The notes beneath the pieces were generated by a model. That model saw only the letters and a program-made list of their open reading frames with translations, made no database searches and was not told where the DNA came from. Of a DNA stretch of 64,000 nucleotides, positions 25,925 to 38,230 are shown one piece after another. The translations under genes were made by a program, and so were the position numbers. How positions within the stretch are numbered: the first letter of the stretch is position 1; each line of letters starts with the position of its first letter. The DNA comes from Neophaeotheca triangularis (lineage: Eukaryota): the NCBI GenBank assembly GCA_054600435.1, contig BAAIJX010000077.1, positions 1-64,000 of the forward strand. Direction: 5' to 3'.

Positions 25925-26894
25925 CTAAGCTCCCACTTCAACCACCCTTCCGACATCCCTTCCCCCTAGCCCCATGCCAGCCATCTCGTTCTCTAATCCA
26001 ATCAATCCCGGCTCATCCCCCTCCTTCTCCCAGCCCCTTAACTCACCCCACTTCAACTTCTTCCTAGCATTCCTCACCTCCCTCTTCAATGCCAATATCA
26101 ATGGCGCATCTCTCTTCACCCCTGGAAAGGCATCAATCTCAACCGTCTTCAGACCACCCACATCCTGAAAGATGCCCTGCAGCAACCTCAGCGCAAAGAA
26201 CTTGTACGTGTCCTCCGTAGCCCCTCGACCGCGGAATCCGTTGAAAATGCTGTCGCTCGGGTCGCACTCGACAAAGATCTTGAGCATACGGAGGTTGGTG
26301 CAGTCTGCGAGGCCGAGCGCGGGGTTGTTGAGAGTGTTTTGACAGCGTGGAGGAGCGCTCCAGTCGGGGCCTAGGCGGAGTTCGAGCGTCGTAAGGGCTG
26401 CGCGGTAGTGGAGGGGAAGGCGCGCGAGGAGCGGAGCTTTGGTGTGGTGGAAGCGGCCGTGGGTTGGGAAGAGCCGGATTGGTTGGGCGTAGAAGACGCG
26501 GTAGGCTTCCGCGTGGACGCGGTGCGAGACTAGGAAGAGTGAGAGTCTGGGTGTGATGCGCAGGTGGTTGAGGGGGTCTGGGGAGGTGGCTCGTCAGTAT
26601 TCTCGAACGAAGTATCCCAACACACAGAGCATGCTTACCCAGGTCAATAATTTTGTCGGTATGCAATACTAGCTCGTAAATGCGGATGCGTAGTTCAGCG
26701 GGCAAGTCGAAAAATCTGAAAGCTTGTGTTTGCTTTCCACCCAGCTTCAAGCCCGCCATTGCCCCCTCCAAGTCCGTCTCATCATCATTGGGTGTCGGTG
26801 ATGACGCCCTCGAATTGTACTTTGAGAGTGCGCTGGTGTTGGCTGATGAAGCCTTGCTCGCTTTTGGCTTGACCTTGACCCTCGGCTTCGCCAT
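25925..26894 (-). CDS. Hypothetical protein with F-box-like N-terminal motif (2 exons)
   Basis: FRFFDLPAELRIRIYELVL. Intron 26578-26638 gives a continuous frame (DLDPLNHLRITPRLSLFLVSHRVHAEAYRVFY) to the stop at 25925. Confidence 0.8.
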
Positions 26895-27464
26895 GGTGGT
26901 ATGCCTCGAGCTCTTGTGTAGAGATTGATAGGAAGGAAAGATCAGAACTTAGGTATGAATGGATGAACGAATAGTATTGTGTCAGAGGTATTGTAAAGGC
27001 AAGCACGCGACCATGTCGTGACTCGCCACCCATCTAAGCAGCCATGGCGACAGCAAGAGCGATGAAGTCGGCGAGGGAGTGATGGTTGGTAGGCCTGAAG
27101 CTTGCAGTGGAAGACGACGGAGACATGAACAGGGCCTTGGTCGGATATGGTAACGTGGTATAGATAGTAGTCTGGGACAGAGACGAAGTAGGTGTGTAGG
27201 ATTGGGAGTAGATAGTGGGTATGTAGTAGGCGACGATGGCGGGAGATAACTCGGTATCTGATCTTCTCTTCTCTTCTCTTCTAGTCTAGATTTCTGTCGC
27301 ACATCCAACGGGGGTGACTGGAGATGATTTTGGCTACCAGTGCCTCTTTGAAGACGGCGGTTTAGTCTCCCCAGCTAATACAGCCACGAATCCAGAGATG
27401 GGTATCCTTGAGAAGGAATCGGAAGCGTAGCCTAATTTCGGCAGGGTGTTCAACTTTCTATAAT

Positions 27465-27500
27465 GAAGAGAAGAAGAAGAAGAAGAAAAGAAGAGAAGAG
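27465..27500. repeat. (AAG)n microsatellite
   Basis: gaagaagaagaagaagaaaagaagagaagag. Confidence 0.6.
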
Positions 27501-27845
27501 ACGACGCGAGACGAGACGGAAAGAGATGGCATCCAGTCCCACATCTTTTCCAAGCGGTAGCTATGCTTGTCTAGGACTAGCGTGAGTGTTACTTACAGTA
27601 ATTGCGACTGTTACGTGAGTGAGGTGCTACAGGTAACTTAACGTAGTAGTATACCTCCTGCGCTTACCGTAATTTACCCAATTCGAGCGTTGTCGAACTT
27701 TACAAGAAATAATCAGAATATCAACACACCAAAAACTCTACCGCACACCTACCGTACCTCCTAGTTCGAGGAGAGACATCAACAACAACAACAACAACAA
27801 CGACGACGACGACGAGGAAGCCACCAACACAGAGTCTCCGCCAGT

Positions 27846-30800
27846 ATGGCCAGCTTCAATGTTGAAGTGCCTGGCGAGGCGAATCCCCTCACCGAGAACT
27901 TGCTGGTTCACACCCTCAAGTCGGCCTCTTCTACAGATCCGCAACAAATCCAAACGGGTACGCAGCAATTGCAAACGTGGGAGAAATCGCCAAACTATTA
28001 TGTCCACCTCCAGAGCGCCTTTGTAGACCGACGCTTACCGGTTGAGACACGCTATCTGGCCATCATCCAGCTCAAAAATGGCATAGATAAGTACTGGAGA
28101 AAGACTGCTACAAAGTGAGCTTGTGCGCTTCCCGATGCCATGTTTAATGTTTTCATATCTGTTTCGTACAGCCGCTAGAGACGCCGTAGCTAACGTCTCC
28201 TTGCAGCGCCGTGTCGAAAGAGGACAAGGCTGTCATTCGCCAACGTTTGATTCAAAGCGGCCTTGACGAACCCGACAACCGCTTGGCACTCCAAAACGCC
28301 CTCGTAACGGCCAAGATCATTCGATTCGAGTATCCCAACGACTGGCCCGATGCTCTGCCCTCAATCATCTCGACCCTACGCACTGCGAGCGACGGACATC
28401 CCTTTTACCTTCAGCGAGCACTTCTCATCGCCCTCCATGCCACCAAAGAGCTTTCCACTGGTCGTTTGCAGAGGACTAGGCAGACTTTGCAAGCAATCAC
28501 TCCTGAGCTCGTTCATGTCTTGGCCGAGATTTATGCATCGAGAGCCAATGCGTGGATGGAGCGAGATCTTTCTATCGATCCTGCACAAGTCCAGGGAGTA
28601 ATGGCACAAAGCTTGCTCGCGCTCAAGGTGTTCCGTAGGCTGCTGATATCCGGCTATGAACATCCCAATAGAGACGCCGAGATCACATCGATTTGGACCA
28701 TGACTTCTCAACATGTCGTGACGCTGCTCGACTTTTCAAAAGCAGGTATTCCCGACTCCAGCATGCGTACCATGGTCGAAAAACATACTCTCCAGCTAGC
28801 AAAGCTGCATTACGACATGGCAAAGAGTCATCCAGCCGCTTTTGCTCTGTTTCCCGACGCTTTCAGCTTGGTTCAGACTTACTGGACACTTGTCAAAGGT
28901 TTTGGTCAAACATTCGGCTCTCAAGAGTCAGTTGCATCGGCAATGTCCTCGGCCAGAATTGGTACGGACGGCGATGCCGACGAACATGATAAGAGTACCC
29001 TCGAGAAGGTAGTTCTTAGATCGCTACTGATCGTTCGCGCTTGTCTCAAAATGGTGCATAGCCCTGCACACACCTTCAAATATCGCCAGCCTGAAGACAA
29101 GGAAGAAAAGACCCGTGCTACCGAGCTTATACGCTCACAGCTACTTACCCAGTCTTTCGTACAAGAAGCCATGGAGGTCGCCGTCACAAAGTACTTCGTC
29201 TTCCGTGCAAGCGATCTTCGCGAATGGGAAGAGGAGCCAGAAGAATGGGAAAAGCGGGAAGAAGGCGGCGAGAGTGATGACTGGGAATTCAGCATTCGCC
29301 CTTGCGCCGAAAAGCTGTTCCTCGATCTCGCAATCAATTACAAGGACACAGTCATCCCACCTCTCCTGCAAGTGTTCTATTCCGCAGCCAAGCTCGACAA
29401 CGAGGATGTGCTGTTCAAAGACTCCATCTATACTGCCATCGGCCTCGCTGCTCCGGCCCTGCATGACCAATTCGACTTTGATTCATTCGTCCGCGAAACT
29501 CTTGTCACAGAGACGCAAAAGATCAAGCCGGGGTATAGTGTGCTCCGTCGACGTGCAGCCATCTTGCTTGGGCAGTGGATGCCAATCAAAATCGCAAAGA
29601 CCACGCAGCCACTAGTCCACCTGATCTTCCAACATCTCCTTAACAAGGACGATTCGCTCAACGATCAGGTGGTGCGCGTGACGGCGGGGCGACAATTCAA
29701 CAACATTGCCAATGACTGGGAGTTTGACGCCGAGCAGTTTCTACCGTTCGCCGATACTATTCTCACACGACTGATGCAGCTAATCGAAGAAGTCGAGCTG
29801 CCGGAGACGAAGATGGCTCTCCTCAACACTATTAGTATCATTGTTGAAAGGCTAGAGAAAAACATTGGTGCCTTCGCTGAGCGCATCGTCAGTCTACTAC
29901 CGCCGCTTTGGGAGCAGTCTGGCGACGAACATCTCATGAAGCAAGCAATTCTCACCATTCTCGCAAGACTGATACACGCTATGAAGGCTGCTTCGACTCC
30001 CTTCCACCCCCTTGTCACCCCCATCATCAAAGGCGCCGTTGAGCCAGGCTCAGACACTCAAGTCTACCTTCTTGAAGACGCTCTGGACCTGTGGGCGGCC
30101 ATTCTCGTGCAGACGCCGGCTCCAGCATCGCCCGAGCTTCTCGATCTCTCTCACTACCTCTTCTCCATCTTTGAGCTCGGGTCCGAGAACCTTCGAAAAG
30201 CCTTGGAAATAGCAGAGTCGTATCTCCTGCTAGCCCCCTCGTACTTTCTTTCCGACGAGATGCGGGCCCCGCTATTCGCCTCTCTCACTTCCCTTATCGG
30301 CACCCTCCGCCCAGACGCCAACGGATTAGTATGTAACCTCGTCGAGCAAATCATCCGCACCGCCCACCGTCTTGGCGGCGAAGACGCCGTCTCTCAAACA
30401 GTCCACGACCTCCGCCCATTCCTGACAACCATCCTGCAAGGTCTCCACGGCAGCTGGCGCGCCCACTGCACAACCGGCCCTCTCGCCAAAGACCCCCCCG
30501 TCGACGGCATAGTCGAAACCGACTACCTTTCCATCCTCGCACGCATCATGCTAGGCTCGACCCCAAGCTTCCTCCAACTCTCCGCCACCTTCACGCCCCC
30601 ACCAACCGAAAACCAACCCCAGAACCAACCCTCCCCTTCCCCCCTCGAATCAACCCTCCACTGGCTCCTCGAAGAGTCTTTCAACCACTTTGACAACATC
30701 GCGGACCCCTCGCGGCGCAAGCTGCTAACCCTAGCCCTCACCTCCCTCCTCACCACCGCCCAGCCCTTCATCCTCTCCAACCTCCAAAACCTCATGACCC

Positions 30801-31129
30801 TCTGGACATCCGTGATTACCGAACTCCGCGACTCCTACGACGAAACCGCGACCTCGGAGCCCGTGGACCGCCTCGCCGATTGTCTCGTCTACCAGACCCC
30901 AGCGCCTGCGACTGCCGAAGAAGCTGCCGCGGAGACACCCGAGGATGCGAGGAGGAGGGAGCTCGAGAATGCAGATGTCGTGAGGACTGTGCCCATGGCG
31001 GAGGGGGTCCGACATTTTCTCAGCCTGGCGGTGCAGGAAGTGGGTGGTGAAGGGGTCTTTGCGGACGAGTGGGTTGGCAATGTGGATCGCGATGTTGTCG
31101 GGGCTTTTGGGGCTTTGGGCGTTATGTGA
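27846..31129 (+). CDS. KAP120: Importin-11 / Kap120 karyopherin-beta (2 exons)
   Basis: IBN_N motif RYLAIIQLKNGIDKYWRK; intron 28115-28206; IIRFEYPNDWP, WEEEPEEW and RPCAEKLF; HEAT-repeat character. Confidence 0.92.
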
Positions 31130-33822
31130 TGCGAGGGACTGGAAGGAGTGTCTTTGGTGGTTATTCTCTTGAGCCTCTGGCCTAGAGCAGAGCCCTCGTG
31201 GGTTTGGCTGGTGGCTCGCTGTTGCTGAGGCTCTGATGGTGGTGCCTTGCTGCTACTCGGCGAGCCCGCCAGCTCTGGAAGTAGAAAGACTACTTTTTTT
31301 TTTTTTTTCTGAGAATCTTTGATCGAAGTGATTGGAAGTCAGGTTTCCCCCCTTTACAAATCTTTACCGCGCTTTTGCTTCGCTTCTTCGTTCTCGATCG
31401 CCGCTTTTGATGCTCACGTTATCTACTTGATTTGGCTCGGTTGTTTGATTGTCGTCTCTTGACGGAAGGGAGGCATTGACAGGTCGATAGGGAGAGTTTT
31501 GGTTGTATGTGAATGGAGAAGGGAAACAAAAAGTGAGGGGAGGTAAGAAGGCGCCGGGCCAACGAAAGAGCACAGCAGGATGGTTCTTACGAATCCGGCC
31601 GGACCGGGAGGGCGCGCTCCTATCTTCCGCCCCCTCCCTCGGATTTGTTGCGCTGGTCGAAGTATCCAAGAGCCTGCCGTCCTGACACCCTCTCCCGGCC
31701 GGCAGTGTTCAAACTCGTAGACGGCAAAGACAAACCAACGCCGCGAGCCCCTGGTGTTCTCATGAAGCTCGCCTCACCTCCCCGAACCCCTGTTCCCAAC
31801 CGCCTGCCCGGGGGAAGTAGAACACCAGTTTCCCACTCCGCAACGAGACTCAAGCCGCCGGGGACCAATTCCAAAGAACCCCAGTCCCGCACCCTGAAGC
31901 GACATCTCCTCCATCAGCTCTCCAAACCGTGCGCGCCCGCTCACCCGCGCAACTAGGGCGCGAGGCTGGGAAATCGGGACGGGGCGACTGATGAAAACCC
32001 TTCGTCAGTTCAACCTGGCTACCGAGACCGTGGAATATTACGCACCCTTTTCCGTCGCGGCTGCTGATGATAAGACAGGCTGGCTATAGCGCAGTTGCGG
32101 GCGGAAAGCTGCGGAAAGCGAATTTGGCGGCAAGGCAATACCGCGTCCCGCGCTTTGGTGGATGCGGGCTCGTGGGCTTTTTGCGGTAGTGCTTGCAGCT
32201 CGGAACCGGGGTCGCGGTTGTCGTGTTGAGGAGCGCGGACGCGGTGGGGAGGGAGTTTGCGGTTGATGGTGAGTGGCTGGTTTGAGTGGGCGAATTAGGA
32301 GCGCGGGGTGGGTTGCTTAGTAGTTTGGTTGCTTGAAGGGGGTATTCTTTGCGGGCGAGGCAGGTGGTGGGGGCTTTTGTTGTAATCTCGTGGGTGTCAT
32401 ATTGCCACTGTGCTTTGAGACTTGGGCAATGGTCGCGTAAGCGGGTCTGGCGCGAGGAGTAGTTTTACCTAAAGTCTCAGCTTGAGCTATACTTAATGTA
32501 AAAGCATCAGTACTTGGAAAGGAAGTTTTGACGGACTGGGAGGGTCCAGGCAGGCCGAGGCGAAGGCCTAATTCCCGACTTTGGTAACTCACCGATGTTC
32601 GTCGCAGGAACGTATTGCTGGGTTTGGCGGCCTGGAGAATCCCACGACTCGGTGAGGTCGTCAAGAAAGGGCGGGCGACGGTACCGGGCGGCTGTGAGAA
32701 GTCAATGGGTAGGTCTGGGGTCTTTGGATGGGAGCAGTATGATGATATTGGACCGGAAAACGCCGCAAGGTCGTCGTCGAGCGTTCTACCTGTTTGATAA
32801 CGTTGAGTGTCCCATCCTGAGAAGGACGGAAGCTCGTGAGTTTGACACGTGAAGTTTGCTGCAATGCACACGTGAGATCAGGGCGGCTTATCCGATGGTG
32901 AGGCAGACTTCAGCCGCATAAAAACGAAGATCTGAGATGGTATTTAGACCTTGAAGTATTGGTTGTTGCCAGCATGCAGAATGGTGCATCACTTCGCGGA
33001 CGTAGCGTTGGAGCGACAAAGCAGTGGGTTTTCTCAATGAATACATTCATCTATTAACAAAAACAAAACTCCCGCGTAACCAACAGCCTCAACTCATCAG
33101 GTCAAGAAAACCTTGCGGTAAAAAACTTGCCTAGCGAGTTGAGGCTTGGTATTAAAACGCCTAGAAAAAGCAATAAACAAGAAATAAGCGAGATGTAGAA
33201 ACTCCTCCATCGCCAATCCAATCTTTCGGCGCCGTATGAGAGTCAGGGGGTATAGTCGTCCAGGCGTAAAGTTTCGGACACCGGCAATCACCCCGATGGC
33301 ACTCGTACGCAGGTGTGAAAGCAGAGGTAGCGATTGCTGTGCCTCTCAAGCCGCGAGCAAAGGCGTGATGAGAGGGTCGCAAAAACCTATCGTGGAGTAG
33401 AGTCTTTGCTTGACAAGTAGACTCTGGCAATGTTGCTTCTGCTTCCGCGGCACGGACGGTGGAGTCGGAGTGAGCGGCGATGTGTGTCGTGAGAGCGAGA
33501 TTAAAGAGACCTGATTGATGCCGGGATACGAGAGGTAGATCTCGAAAGAGAGCAAGAGCTCGTCGAATTCGGCAGAGGCGATGTGACGAGACATTAGTGA
33601 TGATCCAGCTTTTGGCGACGGTAAGCGCCAGTGTAAAACAGAAAGAAAGAAACGTGTCGTGTATTCTGATGCCTGGGCAGCGGCGAAACAAGGCTGAGGC
33701 TTATCGGCGGTGTTTTCATCAAGGCATCTGTGGGCTGATCTTGTCGAGAGGCAAAGATCAAGTTTGGTTTTGCTAGACTCCTTGCGTTACACGGCCTGTA
33801 ACGATGTTGAGAGAGCGCGCAT

Positions 33823-34951
33823 TCAATTGCGCGACAGCAAGTTGCTGAAGCTCATGCTGGCTCTGATCGAGTCACGGCGTTTCGCTTCATCGTCAACTGG
33901 AGTGGTGACAGCGCTGTCGCGGAAGCCGGATCCTTGACGAGGGGTGCTAGGTCTAGGGTTTGCTGGGAGTGTTGCCGTTGGACGAGAACGGGTCCAGAGC
34001 ATCCCGGTAGGCGAGGAAGCGCTCAGAGATCCGAAAGACGCGGAGCCTGCTTGGGAACTGGTGCCAAGAGCGATAGAAAGCCGGGAGAGGCCATTTTGGA
34101 GCATGGCAGTCTCAGGAACGCCGCGGCCGGAGCTGGATCTGGAGCTGGGGCTAGAGCTGGAGCTCATTTGCGCGAGGCTGGTAGCTCCGTCCACGTCGGC
34201 TTGGGAGTGTACACCACGCATCGCAGGCTGACGACGGTTGCTGGAGGAAGATGCCATGGGTGGCTGCGGTCTCTCAGTCGATTGCACGGCTTGATTCTGC
34301 CTGGTTTGTCTGATCACAAACTGCTCAGCCTCTTCCGACGAAATGCGCATCTCGAAAGCAAGGTTGCTCAGAAAGTCTTGGTACTGCTCCCTTAGGTTGT
34401 TTTCGCGTGCCTCTGGCGAGACATCGGGGGCCGGGCTTGGGGGCTCCTCGTGCACGACAGAGTTGACAGCTGGGAAATGGCGGAAATCACCAGTGCTGGG
34501 CTGGCCCATCTGTGTAGCAGGCAAAAGGCGACGTTCGTTGGTAGGGGTAGGTGGCAGCGGTTGTTGCTGCACCGAGGAAGACGATGATGCTGCTTGACCA
34601 TTTCCATTGCGATTGACTCGGGCCTGACGAACGCGACGCATTTTGTTACGAACCGGCCTGGGGGCAGGAGTGACCACGGGTCCGACTTTGTTTATCTGAT
34701 GCAACTTCAAACGACAGGCGAGAGATGTTTTGCCAAGCTCGAGGCCGCACTGTTCGTGGGTCATGCCGTATTCTCTCATCTCCATGAAGCGCCGGACCTA
34801 TCATGGTGTATTAGTCTCCTTCTGCGGTCACTTTGGTTTCGCAGCTTATGAGAAAACGAACCTCGCCGGCAGTCCACCTGACGTTTCCGTTCGGGGCACA
34901 ATTTTTGGCTCTGGGGGCGGCCTTGGGCACCCGTCCTGGAGAGAAAGACAT
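33823..34951 (-). CDS. Myb/SANT-like domain protein with long disordered C-terminus (2 exons)
   Basis: ATG 34951; intron 34798-34861 (GTTCGT..CTAAT..TAG) joins RWTAGE to VRRFMEMREYGMTHEQCGLELGKTSLACRLKLHQI, a fungal single-Myb pattern. Confidence 0.72.
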
Positions 34952-36963
34952 TGTGGCTTGATTGTATGTTGGAGTAAGGAGTGTACAGGTTTTAAGGATA
35001 GACGACCGAGCGTTCAAGCTATGCTTGGGGGAAGACAGTGCAGAGAACGAAGAGGATGTGTCAAAATATGTTCGATGCAGAGAAAACGAAAAGTGCCAGA
35101 ACACGCTGAAGATAAACTTATGGCAAGTATCGAGGACAGCGGCTGCCAGCTAACCTCCAAGCGTCACTGCCTCCACATCCTACCGTGTTGTTGATTACCA
35201 GTTCTTCGAGTAATCTGGCTTTTGCCAGTAAGAAAGTACCACTTCCACACTTACGGGTCAGCCATGCCAGTAATCCTTGGGTGAAAGTTGTTCATATAAG
35301 GTCCTGTGGGGCGGCACATCGCGATGGGTGATTATCGAACGGAGTAGCAGCTCACTCTGCATCTATTGCGGACTGACGCCTCTCTCCAAGCTGGACAATA
35401 TGCTGATCTAGTGGCCTCGTCGAGTCCGACGTCAATGATTGGCATAGTCCGTGGCTACCGACGTATCTCTTTTGGTCGATGCGTGCTTACTAGATCCGAT
35501 TTGCACTGAGCTTGCAAGTGCGAAAATCGATACATGACGTGGTGTGTGTGTGGTTCTTTCCCAACAAAACGATTGAGTGCTAAAACATGAGGTAGGGTAC
35601 AGTTATGCGTGTGTGGGTGCCTTCGTCGTCCAGAAGCGCGTGCAGTGGTAATCAGCTTCGTCTTTGCTTCGCGCCCCTGGGACGAAAGAGGGGTTACCCA
35701 GAACAAGACATGAGAGAAGGCGTGGAAGTGCGTGTGCCGTCTCTGGTTCCTCAGGGCACACTCTGCGTTCCTGCAGCGTTTGTTGTAATGTTTGAAATAG
35801 GATAAATATTCGTGTGCTGCTTCCATTGATGTGTGCGTGTGGTGCTAGTGCAGGAAGGAAGAAGGGATGAAGTCGGGATATCAAATGTGAAGACATTGCG
35901 GCTTTTGCGCGAGCGGAACGCGCCGGATGTCCCACCTCCACATGTGGCCTTTATGGGTAGTCATGGTCTGTGTGTAGGTATGTGTCTTGGCCGTTTGTAC
36001 AGGGGTTGAGAGCCTCACAGGCTCAGAGGCATTGGAACTCTAAGTCGTGCTGCGGCATTTTCTGTCTTGGAACATCCCAATATTCGAGATGCTTAGCTAC
36101 ATATTCAACAACGAGATATCCACGTATTACGCAGAATGAATAGCTCTACCGGAACCCGACTATTGTGACGGAGGTTACCAATTTCTTCACGACCGAGACT
36201 GGCATCCGTCACTATGCCAAACTAGTGCTTCGTTTGTATCTTGGATGTCCCGATATTACGAGTGCGCGAAAAATGCACAAATTGACCTACGGAAAAGTCA
36301 GCAGCGACCAAAGCTGCTCGAAAGACAGGATGACTCCCCAATGTCACCTTCCATGTGGGCCCTCCTCGAGAAAAGCCAGTGGACGGAGCTACGGTTAGTT
36401 CCTCTTGAGCGTCGAGGCTTCGCAATGGGCCTCACCTCCAGTTACGTTTTGCTAAGTTTTGGTGGGATCACCCAGTCCTAGCCGCACTCTTCGCCCATTT
36501 GGAGCAAAGCAGAGCAGCTTTCAAGCATTCCAAGGGACGATGACATCGCCGCCCCTTGGGTAGGAGTGAAGGATAGCCCTCCCATACCACCAAACGGAAC
36601 ATACTATGGTTTGCCCTCAGTAAGTTGTGGGCTTTAGAGTCTCTCCCGTGGCCTGGAGGTGATTCGTTCCAAATTATGTCAAAATACAAGGAAATTATTG
36701 GCCTTCTCTCTCGAATCTAAAAGCCTATAGCTAAATCAATCACTCGCACCGGATTATTATGCCAAAAGTAGTTGGTATCATCCACCTCCGCGCGTGACCA
36801 GCACGCTAAGATAGAGGCCGCTTGTCATGTAGTATCGTTCGCCCCCATGTCCAGATGTTGTACCGTGAAGCCCATGCGAAATATCGACCCATTCGAAAGG
36901 AACTGGCGGGTAATCTGCCTGGTCTTCTCTCTCTCTCAATTTACATGGCGGGGTGCTCTCCTC

Positions 36964-38230
36964 TCATTCGACGTCGCGGCCATCGGAATCGCTCACGCCG
37001 TCGCCATCCATCTCGAGGACTTTCTCCCGACAAGCGGCGGCAGAAAACCCATTCCCAACTTTGCCAGAAATGGCACGCCAGCGATCAGCCTCGTACTCTT
37101 CCACAGCGGCGCGAAGCCTTGCCACCTGTAAAGTAAAAGTCAGTGTCCAATTCCACGACACCAGTAGTAGCACGCCACCCTACAAGAAAAAGAGAGCGAA
37201 CACGCACCCTCCGCAGCTAGAACCACTCCAGCCGCTCCCACTAGCAATCATCATCCCCCGACGCTGGTGTCAGAACCTACCATTTCATCCGTCCACACCG
37301 CCTTCTTAGCTTTCAGCTTCGTGCAATACCGCACCTGCAGCGTCCCTGAGCTGCGCCCCGGGAAGAAGTCGGCAATCTGCTTCCAGGTCAGGTTCTTGCC
37401 CTCTTTGAGCTCGATGAGCAGAGCGTCGTCTTCGGGCGTGAATTTCAATTTGGGACCCTTGGGGCGGGGCGCTGCTGCTGGCATGCCGGCTTGGCCTACC
37501 ACGTTGGCGGCGCCGGAATCATTGTTCGGCGAGGAGGCTTCGTTGTCTTGAGCCGTTCGCGGTGATGTTGGGATGGGGGGCTGAGTCGGGAGTCGGTGGT
37601 GGTGGTGAGCGTGGGAGTCTGGCTGGAAGGTGGTTGTGGTCTCTGGGCTGTGGTATTGTCCTGGATGGTCGTACGAAGAATTCCGAGGCATTGCTCTGTT
37701 GAGATGCTGTTGGGCGTGGTAGAAGTGCGGCGTGAGCTCGTTGCGCACGGTGGCGCGCATTTGTGAGAAGGCATCTTGGCACTGATGTGGGCCTGAGTGG
37801 TCGGCGACGAGGCTCTCTCGACGCATCTTCTTCTGCGCCGGCTGATCTGGCTCAGCATAGTCAGGTAGAAAATGCGGTGTCTGATGAACTGGAGTGAAGT
37901 GAGAGGGTAAGGCTTCCAATAGCTGCCCAGGCACCGGAGTGGCGAAACACTGCGCCTGATCCACATGATAGGGTGGCTCTGGAGCGGGACTTTGCGAAGG
38001 CAGCACTGTTGTTGTTCTCGGTTGCTCCGCTTGCTCTCTCGGTGCTGAGATTGTTTGTTGATAATAGCCATGGGATCGTTGACCTTTTTGAGCGAGCAAT
38101 TGATGATATTCGGCGTGGTGTACCAACCACTGCTCGCCTGGTTGACATGACTGCGTTCCTTGCCCTCCTTCCTCGCGCCTAGCAAAATCCTGTTGCGGAG
38201 GAGCCAGAGTTGCGGCTTCGCAAGAAGATG
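36964..38230 (-). CDS. Two-repeat Myb-like transcription factor (5' end uncertain)
   Basis: KFTPEDDALLIELKEGKNLTWKQIADFFPGRSSGTLQVRYCTKLK..WTDEM, then intron 37126-37280, then VARLRAAVEEYEADRWRAISGKVGNGFSAAACREK. Confidence 0.85.
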
